Shown: positions 19,488 through 28,420 of the stretch, piece after piece
Numbering within the stretch: position 1 is the first letter of the stretch
Layout: every line of letters begins with the position of its first letter
Origin: a virus
Virus record (IMG/VR): IMGVR_UViG_3300032326_001134
Span: 1 to 64,000 of that record
DNA: 64,000 bases
Strand: one strand, 5' to 3'
Position numbers and translations under genes: made by a program
The notes under the pieces: generated by a model
The model's input: only the letters and a program-made list of their open reading frames with translations
Databases searched by the model: none
What the model was told of the DNA's origin: nothing

Positions 19488-19886
19488 TTACTCTGACTCC
19501 TCGTCAGAATCCTGATCATCTAGCCAAGTATCTTCATCTAAAGATACTAGTATGTCTCTTTCTGTCATCCAATCAAAGATCGCCTCATCAAGATCCTCTG
19601 CGCCGTATTCAAGGCTGAATGAGTTCTTGTCTAGGTCCTGGACGAACATCCACCAAACATCCTCTTCTGTGAATGTCTGATTAGTTAAATACTCTGAGTC
19701 TTTGCCTGGACTATGTGTATCTAATTTATCTTTGACTACGTCCCAACACCAAACCCAAACCAGGGACGGGAAGACATCAAGTTGATTAATGTTCTCAATG
19801 ATCTGATTTAGTTTAAGATATGTAGTAGTCATACGAGTATGCTCCTGCAAATCCAATTCTTCTTTATACTGGTCTACTGAATTCAT
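19488..19886 (-). CDS. Hypothetical acidic protein
   Basis: ORF in the minus-strand island. Confidence 0.6.
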   Translation of the reverse strand: MNSVDQYKEELDLQEHTRMTTTYLKLNQIIENINQLDVFPSLVWVWCWDVVKDKLDTHSPGKDSEYLTNQTFTEEDVWWMFVQDLDKNSFSLEYGAEDLDEAIFDWMTERDILVSLDEDTWLDDQDSDEESE

Positions 19887-20157
19887 TCTTTTGTGTCCTT
19901 TCGTTAATTGCGAATGCTAAATTATATGTCATAGCATAGACTTCTGTCAATGCGTCCATTTGGCCTTCCCAGTATGTCCGCTCCATACTGTCCATTGCTT
20001 CACCTGATTCATCCTCAGTCTTTTGGGCAATATCCAATTGTGTCTCAGCCTCCAGCATAAGGTTCTTTAGTTCCCCATGCAGGATGTTGGTTCCAGACTC
20101 CCCCATATCTACAAGCTTTTGTAGACGGGGGTGGAATTCAGTATTGATGTCTCTCAT
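19864..20157 (-). CDS. Hypothetical protein
   Basis: Coupled ORF. Confidence 0.6.
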   Translation of the reverse strand: MRDINTEFHPRLQKLVDMGESGTNILHGELKNLMLEAETQLDIAQKTEDESGEAMDSMERTYWEGQMDALTEVYAMTYNLAFAINERTQKNEFSRPV

Positions 20158-20308
20158 TTGCTGCCAGCCTCATATGCAACCTTGTATATCTCAACAAGAC
20201 GTTCATATACCGCCTTGGCGGCTTTATCCTCATTGGACATTGCTGCTTCAAAATAAATAATTTGGTCGGCTTGGTCCTGAAGGTCTTCCTTTACTTCTTT
20301 AGATAGTT

Positions 20309-20500
20309 TCATTCATATACCCTTTCGTTAGTAGAAGAATTCATTATATCAGTAGCCACTGACAATAAATGCCTGGTATTTTCAATCTCTGCTTGTTTAA
20401 CTTTATAGAAATGATGACTATTAACATAGTCAATCTTCTCTAAATCTTGTTCAAGACTAATTAAATGAATATTCATATATGCGATCAATTCATTAGACAT
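20309..20500 (-). CDS. Hypothetical protein
   Basis: Coupled ORF. Confidence 0.5.
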   Translation of the reverse strand: MSNELIAYMNIHLISLEQDLEKIDYVNSHHFYKVKQAEIENTRHLLSVATDIMNSSTNERVYE

Positions 20501-20763
20501 CTTCTGCTATATACCCTTCTGCTAGTAATCCTTCAAAGAAGTTCCATATTTCTAATAAGCCCTCTTTTACTTCCTCAGATACGGCGGTATCGATAGCAAC
20601 TGTTAAAGCTCCACCAAACTCCTGTATATCTCTATAGTTATATCCTAAAATATTACTACCCCCAATTCATTATCTTGTGGTGACTTTGACATTTCTTGTG
20701 CTTCCCCACATTTGCAGGTATAGCGGTGCCAAAAAGGAGTCCATTCCCATTCATGCTTATGTT

Positions 20764-20979
20764 TCATAGGTAGTATTCATCTCCTTCTTTATATCCGTAG
20801 AATTCGTTATATTGTTTTTTTAGTTCCACTGAAGCATATTGCATAAATTGGTTTTCTGCATAATCCGCTCCTGAATCTAAATTATTATAAGACCATTGGT
20901 CAAATAATTCTTCGCCAATTTCTTGCATTATAGCGCCTGTAATATGTTCTGCTATTGTGTCTATAAATTGTTCTGACAT
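20764..20979 (-). CDS. Hypothetical protein
   Basis: Abuts the upstream gene stop. Confidence 0.6.
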   Translation of the reverse strand: MSEQFIDTIAEHITGAIMQEIGEELFDQWSYNNLDSGADYAENQFMQYASVELKKQYNEFYGYKEGDEYYL

Positions 20980-21753
20980 TTATGCTTCCGCCTTTTCTCT
21001 AGATTCCAATAATACACTATGGGTCTGACATTTTGCCATTGCCTCTTCATCTTGCCAAGAGCCTTGGCTACATTCAGAGCAGAATTCTCCACAGTCATCT
21101 TCGCAATAACTTAATGTATCGTAAGATTGACAAGCATAACAACGATTTTCCCATTCAACTAATTCATTTACCTCACCACGGACAATCTCATACTCTCCGC
21201 CCCAGCCTGTTTCTTCCTCAAACTCTAATGTGAGTAGGCTGTTAGGAACAAGATTACTTAGTTTAGTTAAGATAGTTATAGCAGGTGACCAAGCAGTCTC
21301 ATACTTATAGATAACCCAGTTGTCATCACCTTCTGATTTATATTCAATTAGTTCTGTATTTGGATATTCATCTCCGTCACGGACGGCTACATCCCATTTA
21401 GTTCCCCAATTAGAATTATTCCAAGAATACCAATCCTTCTGAGTCTTAGCAAACTCAACAGATTTGCGGAACCAATCAGGGTCATTAGTGTCAATGCCAC
21501 CTCTATCAGGCTGGCAGGCATATTCCTCATCAGTAATTCCGTCATCTTTATATGAGTGGATATTAAAGAAAGCAAAAACAGGATTAGAATAACTGACCTG
21601 TTCAATTTTGGTGGGAAATCCCATAGTAGAAATATCACCCATACCAAATGTCTCTTGTGCTAATGTAAAAGGCTTATTCAATCTATCTTTAATCATATCT
21701 ACCTCAGACTTAGGTCCTTGGATAGTTAATGTGTTATAACACCAATTTGGCAT
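20980..21753 (-). CDS. Api92/YubB-like ferredoxin-domain protein with C-terminal Cys cluster
   Basis: MPNWCYN start, WYSWNNSNWGTKWD and ETAWSPA motifs. Confidence 0.75.
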   Translation of the reverse strand: MPNWCYNTLTIQGPKSEVDMIKDRLNKPFTLAQETFGMGDISTMGFPTKIEQVSYSNPVFAFFNIHSYKDDGITDEEYACQPDRGGIDTNDPDWFRKSVEFAKTQKDWYSWNNSNWGTKWDVAVRDGDEYPNTELIEYKSEGDDNWVIYKYETAWSPAITILTKLSNLVPNSLLTLEFEEETGWGGEYEIVRGEVNELVEWENRCYACQSYDTLSYCEDDCGEFCSECSQGSWQDEEAMAKCQTHSVLLESREKAEA

Positions 21754-21977
21754 TTTATATCCTTTCGCTGATATGTGATTATTATATATCAAAGGACTGA
21801 CAAATGGAAGAATTTCAGGGAAATTTATATGTGATCCGTAACACAGTTTTCTTACCCTCAAGCTTTGGGGGCTAAAGCTTTGTTTTTGATCATGGGCTGC
21901 AGGGACCTCAACGAAAGGAAAAACCCGCTTTATTTAACCCCTTGCCTGCGAAGACTGTTAGGGGCACCCATAAATAT

Positions 21978-22382
21978 TTAAACTAGTATTTCTTCCATTG
22001 CATACTTATCACAGAACACTGACAGGTCCATAGTAAATATTGCATCGTTTTTCATACCGTTAATTTTATTATCTAGATTGTTTCTTTCATCTTCCTCGTG
22101 AAGAGAAAACGTTTGCTGCTTGAAATCAACAATTGCAATCTTGTGCTCATTGTCTAGAATCTGATTAACACTCAGGCCCCATCCAGTTTCCATATTCCAT
22201 TGGTCTCCGATTAATTGACTAATGACAATACGTGTTGCATATGACTCATCATTCCAACGAGGACGTGCTTTAATTACAGCATCCGCTAACTTACCAAGCA
22301 TATTATATCCAGCCCAGTGCCCGTATAGAACAATTGTTTCTCCGTTTGATTGGACGAATCCAAAGTTTGCTCTGTCTCCCAT
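21978..22382 (-). CDS. Conserved phage early protein
   Basis: MGDRAN...LYGHWAG..RW.D.SYA.R pattern. Confidence 0.65.
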   Translation of the reverse strand: MGDRANFGFVQSNGETIVLYGHWAGYNMLGKLADAVIKARPRWNDESYATRIVISQLIGDQWNMETGWGLSVNQILDNEHKIAIVDFKQQTFSLHEEDERNNLDNKINGMKNDAIFTMDLSVFCDKYAMEEILV

Positions 22383-22576
22383 TATATTTCCGCCTTTTCT
22401 AGTTGAGGTGTTTCTTCCTTTTTATTTAATTCTATCATTTCAAATGAGACCTTGTCAAGGGCCTCTTTGTTTTTATTATAGTGGTGGTGACAAAAATAAA
22501 GCTCACCATCTACTAGTTTAATTAGATATAAAGCTTGAGCTGTGCCACATTGATCGCAGCCAGTCCAGGCGCTCAT
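22382..22576 (-). CDS. Small Zn-binding protein
   Basis: CDQC...LYFCHHH. Confidence 0.65.
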   Translation of the reverse strand: MSAWTGCDQCGTAQALYLIKLVDGELYFCHHHYNKNKEALDKVSFEMIELNKKEETPQLEKAEI

Positions 22577-22727
22577 ATCTTGTTTTCTTCAATCATATCA
22601 GACAGTCGATCTAGCAAGAAGGCATCAATATCTGCAATATCAATTTCCCTTAGCTTTTCAATGATTTCCTCACGAGCAAATTTATACCCGTCATCAAATC
22701 CATCTCTATAGTCTGACATAGTTTCTC

Positions 22728-22931
22728 CTAATATCCCGTCGTCTCGTATTCGCTTACATATGATTCTTTTAAATTATACTTGTCACGTATACGGCTTACT
22801 TTCTCAATGCTACCAGTTCCAATGTTGAAAGTCAATGGTGACATTGCGGTTGGGTCTAGTCCTGTTATTTGTGCATCCCAATAGGCCCTCTCCATAGAGA
22901 GCCTATCAGGAGCGGTCAACTCAAAATACAT
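22728..22931 (-). CDS. Hypothetical protein
   Basis: Coupled ORF. Confidence 0.6.
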   Translation of the reverse strand: MYFELTAPDRLSMERAYWDAQITGLDPTAMSPLTFNIGTGSIEKVSRIRDKYNLKESYVSEYETTGY

Positions 22932-23566
22932 TAGTTAACATCCGCATCTTGGACATCGAATGACTCAATTATAACGTCTCCATTATATGAATCAATAGTT
23001 AGATTATCTTGTAAGAAATAGCGGGCATCAAAGTCTTCTACTTCTTCAAGTGGAATATCATAAGTTACTTCTACATTTACTGTAGCGGTAATTGTAACAG
23101 ATTGTTTTGCTTCGTGTCCTAGGATTTCGCATAAGTCGGCAAGAACCTCAGACTTATCATAGTTAGGGTTATACCATCCGTCGGCAGAAAGATTATCAAG
23201 AATCTGACTAATCTGTCCATTACTGATTGATAGTTGGTCTTGCAGGCGTCGGTATGAATCAAGATGAATCTCTAATTCATTTACCTTAAGTGTTGGGTAA
23301 GTTACCTCACCGTTATTAATTGACTTATATGTTACCAATGTGTTGGCATCATATGAGTATGGAACTGTATTTGTTTCCATTTTTTCCCTTTCGTTTGTAG
23401 GTTGTATTGTAGCATCTTCCACTGACACACAGGTAGTATCACTACCGCAAGCGCATATGATTACTGTCACATCGTTAAATGTATATCCTGCTTGCAATGT
23501 ATATTCAATTAAAGCATCACATTCGCTATTGCATACAAATGAGTACTTGGTCCATTTCGTTGTCAT
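22931..23566 (-). CDS. Hypothetical protein; possible internal second start at METNTV
   Basis: ORF directly downstream of a motif promoter; internal AACGAAAGG RBS. Confidence 0.6.
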   Translation of the reverse strand: MTTKWTKYSFVCNSECDALIEYTLQAGYTFNDVTVIICACGSDTTCVSVEDATIQPTNEREKMETNTVPYSYDANTLVTYKSINNGEVTYPTLKVNELEIHLDSYRRLQDQLSISNGQISQILDNLSADGWYNPNYDKSEVLADLCEILGHEAKQSVTITATVNVEVTYDIPLEEVEDFDARYFLQDNLTIDSYNGDVIIESFDVQDADVN

Positions 23567-23670
23567 GCCGAGAATTGTACACTACCCCACTGACATTTAC
23601 AAGGATTCCAGGGATTTTTTTATGTGATGCGTAACACAAAAAATTGGCCTTTAGCTTTGGGGGCATTTTG

Positions 23671-23744
23671 CGATCTGTATGGGACTTGAACCCACGACCT
23701 CTACCGTGACAGGGTAGCGCTCTAACCAACTGAGCTAACAGACC
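23671..23744 (-). tRNA. tRNA-Asp (GTC)
   Basis: GGTCTGT/ACAGATC acceptor stem, D arm, CTACC-CTGTCAC-GGTAG anticodon arm, GTTCAAGTC T loop. Confidence 0.93.
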
Positions 23745-23786
23745 AAATGGTGAGCAGTTTTAAATCTTGCTCAGGATTTTATTTTT

Positions 23787-24791
23787 TTAGAAAGTTGCAA
23801 CCATTCGATACAACTTATTTTTTTCTGCGGTTAAGATTGGGTCAAACCCAGATGCACCAGCCATTAGCGACTCGCCATTACCACGACCAGAACGATAATA
23901 ATCAAGGCGCTCAGTTAGTGCATTGAACGCACCCCATTTAGTTCCCTTGATTGTGGCGTTAGTTGGTGAGTTATGATAAAGGTCATCAATTAGAACAACT
24001 TTATTTTCCCACTTTTTCAAAGCGCCTTTAACGTCTGCTTCAGGCTTTGGGTAGATTGTTTTAATTAACTTAGAGAATTCAGCATCGGTAATTGCTTGAG
24101 AGTAAAGCGCTTTTGCTTGAACTTCGAATTCATCAAAGTATCCAAGCGCAAGACCAAGAGTCTCACGTGCAACTTGAATGCGACCTTCAACAGATTGCGT
24201 GTGGCGAATCTTGAAAGATTGCTTAGCATTCTTCATTGCAAGGTTTAGCGTGTTTTGGCATACAACACGAACAGGAGTAACCGCTGCTTGAACGGCAACA
24301 GAACCATCGTGTGATGTCCATACAATTAGATATAACTTTGTTTCGTCATTGGCGCCTTGTGGGTCAAGAACCATTGTGCGAGGAATATCTACAGTTCCGA
24401 ATACAACTTTGCCCTTTTTAAGAGAACCAGCAGATTCCCAACGGCAGTCAGCATTGGCATCGTGAATTGCATCGGCGAACTGAAATAGTTCTTCATTCTG
24501 AACAGGCTTGTAACGCTTTCCAACAGTAGCAAGAACATCAGTTCCGCCATTGAATGGGTTATCACGCAATACAAGATGAGCATCTGAAACATCATTCCAA
24601 GATTCTGAAATGTGGTCAGTTAGTGGAGATAAACGAACATTCCAATTTGCTAACTTTGCTTCTTCAAGCATTGTTGCGGTTGTAACTTCTTCATCTTGTG
24701 AGAAGATGCGATTTGCTAGATTGTGCCAAGCAGGTGCACCACGTAGAGCGAAAGCAACTTCGCCATTTTCGACTTCGAGATTATGAGCCAT
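23787..24791 (-). CDS. DUF932-family phage/plasmid protein
   Basis: MAH...PAWH, QNEELF, SAGSL..G, SHDGS, TPVRVVCQNTL, IRHT. Confidence 0.88.
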   Translation of the reverse strand: MAHNLEVENGEVAFALRGAPAWHNLANRIFSQDEEVTTATMLEEAKLANWNVRLSPLTDHISESWNDVSDAHLVLRDNPFNGGTDVLATVGKRYKPVQNEELFQFADAIHDANADCRWESAGSLKKGKVVFGTVDIPRTMVLDPQGANDETKLYLIVWTSHDGSVAVQAAVTPVRVVCQNTLNLAMKNAKQSFKIRHTQSVEGRIQVARETLGLALGYFDEFEVQAKALYSQAITDAEFSKLIKTIYPKPEADVKGALKKWENKVVLIDDLYHNSPTNATIKGTKWGAFNALTERLDYYRSGRGNGESLMAGASGFDPILTAEKNKLYRMVATF

Positions 24792-25003
24792 TTTTTACCT
24801 TTCGTTTGTTTGTTAGGTTTATTATAACAGGGGGCACTGACATTGTCTAGATTAGTTAGTCATTTGTCCGAATTGATCCGTGTGAGTAATATCACAAATT
24901 TCAGGGGCTTTTTTTAGCTTGACATAAACGCAAAAATGCCCCCACAGGTTTGGGCGCAGGGAAGATGAGGCGGGATTGAAAGCATAAGATCCCGCCCCAA
25001 GAT

Positions 25004-25216
25004 TTAGATTGCTTTATGAATCTCTTCTGGAAAGAATGCTGCGAATACTTTTTTGTTATCTTGCGTATCAAAAACATATGCTTTGATGTTGCCTTGAAAT
25101 TTATTTAAATTAGTTTTAACTAACTTAGTTAATGATTCACGGTTGTAACTGTTTGCAGAATAAATTGTTAAATCGTGAGCTTTGTTAGCATCATAGATTT
25201 CTACACGATACCGCAT
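25004..25216 (-). CDS. Hypothetical protein
   Basis: ORF with AAAGG RBS and TATACT upstream. Confidence 0.6.
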   Translation of the reverse strand: MRYRVEIYDANKAHDLTIYSANSYNRESLTKLVKTNLNKFQGNIKAYVFDTQDNKKVFAAFFPEEIHKAI

Positions 25217-25288
25217 TGTGTTCCTTTGTTAGTAGGGATACGAAGTATAACATAGGGGGCTAGAGTTTGTCTAGCCCCCATCTGCTAT

Positions 25289-25705
25289 TTAGAGATACTT
25301 AGCAATTTGCTTCATTGTAGAAGCATTTACTGTTTCCTCATCTGTCATTTTTAAGATGGTGAGAGCATTTGTGATGTCCTCTTTCATCTCTTTGTATGTG
25401 TGAGTGTGAATTACCTCAAAGTCCTTTTCAGGTTCAGCAGGGAAATCTCCCTCGCTTACTGTAAGGTCAAAATCAACATTGAGAGTTTTGTTCCAAGAGC
25501 GATAGTTTGTGCGAAGGTTCTCAGCCTTTGAGAACTTAGTCATAGCCCACTTGCCGATTTCCTTACGCCAAGCCTCTTGTGCCTTTTGGAACTTTGCTTC
25601 GTTAGCACCTTGTGTTGCGTAGTTCTTTTCCAGTTCAGCAAGACGATTTTCTAGTGCCTTGATTACTTTGGTTGTTGCTACCTTTACTGTGATTTGTCTG
25701 GACAT
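25289..25705 (-). CDS. Hypothetical helical protein
   Basis: ORF with motif promoter and AACGAAAGGG RBS. Confidence 0.7.
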   Translation of the reverse strand: MSRQITVKVATTKVIKALENRLAELEKNYATQGANEAKFQKAQEAWRKEIGKWAMTKFSKAENLRTNYRSWNKTLNVDFDLTVSEGDFPAEPEKDFEVIHTHTYKEMKEDITNALTILKMTDEETVNASTMKQIAKYL

Positions 25706-25777
25706 TGTTTCCCTTTCGTTAGGTTGTTGGTTGTAGTATAGCAGGGGGGTCTGACAACCCCCCTGCCCTGTGCTTAT

Positions 25778-25921
25778 TTAGTTAGCAGGTGCTGAAGTCC
25801 AACGCTCTGTGCCATTTACATCTAGCAAGATACGATTTACTCCGCTTGGGTGGTTATCAACCGCCTTGATAACTCCTGTGATACCGCTTGTTGTTGTTGT
25901 GTATGTCTGTCCGATTTCCAT
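25778..25921 (-). CDS. Small SH3-like hypothetical protein
   Basis: MEIGQTY...G.I; GAAGGAG RBS and motif promoter. Confidence 0.6.
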   Translation of the reverse strand: MEIGQTYTTTTSGITGVIKAVDNHPSGVNRILLDVNGTERWTSAPAN

Positions 25922-26005
25922 TTGTTTCTCCTTCGTTGTTAGGTTGTAATTATAGCGTAGCCCACCGACATTTCCCCTCATTTCTGAGGGGAGTGTCGTG
26001 TGAGG

Positions 26006-26272
26006 TTAGTCACACTCAGGTAGCCACGCTTCCAAGTGGTGTTGTTCAATAATGGCAGATGCGGGTGCGAATTTATCTCCACGATAATACACGCCTTCAG
26101 GCATTTCGATCAACTTGTTATAGTCCTCGTCATAGTAGGCGTCAATTGCTTCGATGCAAGGTTCTACCATAGATAGTGGAACGGGCGGGTAATGATTACC
26201 CTGTAAGTGATAACCTATTGCTACTTCTAAATCTAATTCATTAGCAAGGTCAAGCGCAGTATTGTATCCCAT
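26006..26272 (-). CDS. Hypothetical phage protein
   Basis: HLQGNHYPPVP...HHL.AW. Confidence 0.65.
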   Translation of the reverse strand: MGYNTALDLANELDLEVAIGYHLQGNHYPPVPLSMVEPCIEAIDAYYDEDYNKLIEMPEGVYYRGDKFAPASAIIEQHHLEAWLPECD

Positions 26273-26274
26273 TA

Positions 26275-26499
26275 TTAGTTACCTTCCTTAATTGTTATTT
26301 CTGCCCAAGTGTTATTTTCATTTGCTACTTTAAGAGTATTAGATTCATTAAGAGCGGCAAGTGTTGCACCCTTGCACATTTCTTGAATTGATTTTTCATC
26401 AAGTGCAATTAAGCGTGGCAATAAGTTTGCAGGTATTTTATCCAAGTCAATAAGAGCCTCGAATACTACTGTGTGTGGAACTTTCATTATGTTTGACAT
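26275..26499 (-). CDS. Hypothetical protein
   Basis: Motif promoter and RBS. Confidence 0.65.
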   Translation of the reverse strand: MSNIMKVPHTVVFEALIDLDKIPANLLPRLIALDEKSIQEMCKGATLAALNESNTLKVANENNTWAEITIKEGN

Positions 26500-26762
26500 T
26501 TGTTACCTTTCGTTGTTTGGATAAGAGTATTATAGCGGATAGGTCTGACATTAACTAATCTATCATCGGCGTGTCTAAAAATTCCAGGGTGATTAATATC
26601 ACACTCTTAACGACACGCCCGACCCCGCAGCTATTGTGGGCGCAATTGTCGACAAATTAGTTTTCTAATTTATTTTTATGTTTGATCTTGCGTGTGTATT
26701 TTTTTTTATTGCGAACAGGTTGCGCCGCATTACTGCGACGCAATTCCTGAATGCGTTTTACT

Positions 26763-26954
26763 TTACTTTGAAGAGAAGTTAGGAACACGATACCCACTCG
26801 CTTCGTGAAATTTAGTTACATCAAATCTTTCATTATCTTTTGCAAACATTTCTGAAAAGTCTGCAACAGTTTTAGAAAAAACAGCGGGGTGAACTTTGTT
26901 GCTAAGATAATTTAAAATCTCAGCGGTTGCAATGTAATCTTTTCGTGTCATCAT
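26763..26954 (-). CDS. Hypothetical phage protein
   Basis: MTRKDY...DN.RFD..KF. Confidence 0.7.
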   Translation of the reverse strand: MMTRKDYIATAEILNYLSNKVHPAVFSKTVADFSEMFAKDNERFDVTKFHEASGYRVPNFSSK

Positions 26955-27184
26955 TTTTGTGTTACCTTTCCATTTCGGTAGAAGTTCTTAGTATGCATTT
27001 TACCAGAGGGCTCTGACAAATTATAGGTTGCGTATTCTTTAGCATCGCCAAAGTCTGAGCATTTATCAAATTCGTGGACGGCAGAAAGAGCATCTGAGAA
27101 ATCCCAAGAGGCAACTCTCTCCCCGTCATAGGCAATAGTTAATTTATACATTAGATACCCCAAATTTCTAGAGCGCAATCGCAA
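26951..27184 (-). CDS. Hypothetical protein; true start probably MYKLTI
   Basis: Coupled to the downstream gene. Confidence 0.55.
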   Translation of the reverse strand: MRLRSRNLGYLMYKLTIAYDGERVASWDFSDALSAVHEFDKCSDFGDAKEYATYNLSEPSGKMHTKNFYRNGKVTQK

Positions 27185-27480
27185 CTCTCTACATCGTAAT
27201 TATTTTCATCGCCAAAGAAAATAAATCCTGCGCCACCGCATTCATCGCAAGCAACTCCGATTACTTCTATTAGATTTCCCATTTATAGTTTTCCTTTCGT
27301 AGTTTGTTAATGTAATTATAGCCTAAGCCACCGACAATTTCGGGAAAGACACGCCCTAGAGCGCACCTTCCTGAAATAATCCGATTTCTAAATCTAGCAT
27401 TTCTGCGGGTGTTGCTTCGGATAAATCTACCCAGCCAGCACCCTGTTCATCTATTCTAAAAATTTCAATGTATCCCATTA

Positions 27481-27681
27481 TTATTCACCAACCTTCACCG
27501 CTATTGTGCGGAATTTATTTCGGAAAGTTCCAGCGTTAATTTCTACTAAATACGCTTCGGTATTATCGCCATACCAAATTCCTTTAGGGTGTTTTTCTGC
27601 TGAGATAATTTCTCCACGCAGAGTTTTTGAGTTGTAAGTCTTGCCAATTAGCAAGTTTTCTATTGTGTATAAGTTAGCCAT
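27481..27681 (-). CDS. Hypothetical protein
   Basis: Motif promoter and RBS; start MANLYT. Confidence 0.6.
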   Translation of the reverse strand: MANLYTIENLLIGKTYNSKTLRGEIISAEKHPKGIWYGDNTEAYLVEINAGTFRNKFRTIAVKVGE

Positions 27682-27929
27682 TGTTAGCCACTTCCTTTCG
27701 TTATACCGCAATTATAGCCTAGGGGTCTGACATTTTTCTACTTACTAGCCAGTAATTCCAAATAATGAGACGCTCAAGCCGTGTGTTTTACATCACATCA
27801 AAATGTCCATTTTGTCTGTCAAATCGACACGCCGTAAATTCCAGGGGTTTTTTAAAATGTGTCTTAAATCACATTTTGCCCCCACAGCTTTTGTGGGCGC
27901 TTCCGCCTTTTGTCAAGGCGACACGCCGT

Positions 27930-28127
27930 CTAGTCTATGTGACCTTCCTCACGCATGTAGTCCTCATGCTCTACTAGACCTATAGCAAAGGCGATAGGGT
28001 CGCAACACTCTAAGATCTCGCTGGCGGTGAAGGTGGATGTCCCTATCTTGTAGGTAGGATATACCTCATCTAGTAATTGACAAAAGCTTTCTTTTATTTC
28101 TAAATCTTTTTCTAATTGTGATTTCAT
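27930..28127 (-). CDS. Hypothetical phage protein
   Basis: LDEVYP...IG...F..S.IL...DPIA. Confidence 0.65.
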   Translation of the reverse strand: MKSQLEKDLEIKESFCQLLDEVYPTYKIGTSTFTASEILECCDPIAFAIGLVEHEDYMREEGHID

Positions 28128-28231
28128 TAGTTTAACCCGTTTTCTCTTAGGTCTTTTATTACTAGGCGAAGCATTAGCAGGGCGGGGATACCGATACCTA
28201 GTTGCACTAGTGTAGTTAGTAGTCTATTCAT

Positions 28232-28420
28232 TTATTTATCTCCAAACATATTAAAGACCTCGTCTAGTTGTTCATCTGTTAAGTGGTCAATCTCAATAGC
28301 CTTAGTAAATCCAAAAACATCTTCTTCTTCGGACATTAGTTTTTCATACATTTCTTCTTCTGCTAGGTGTGCGTATTGGTCTTGCACATCTGCTTGAATA
28401 GTATCCCATTTAGTCATCAT
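28232..28420 (-). CDS. Hypothetical acidic protein
   Basis: ORF in the island. Confidence 0.55.
   Translation of the reverse strand: MMTKWDTIQADVQDQYAHLAEEEMYEKLMSEEEDVFGFTKAIEIDHLTDEQLDEVFNMFGDK

Noticed and set aside
23526-23729. 67-aa minus-strand ORF
   Set aside because: Overlaps tRNA-Asp and a promoter cassette; spurious.
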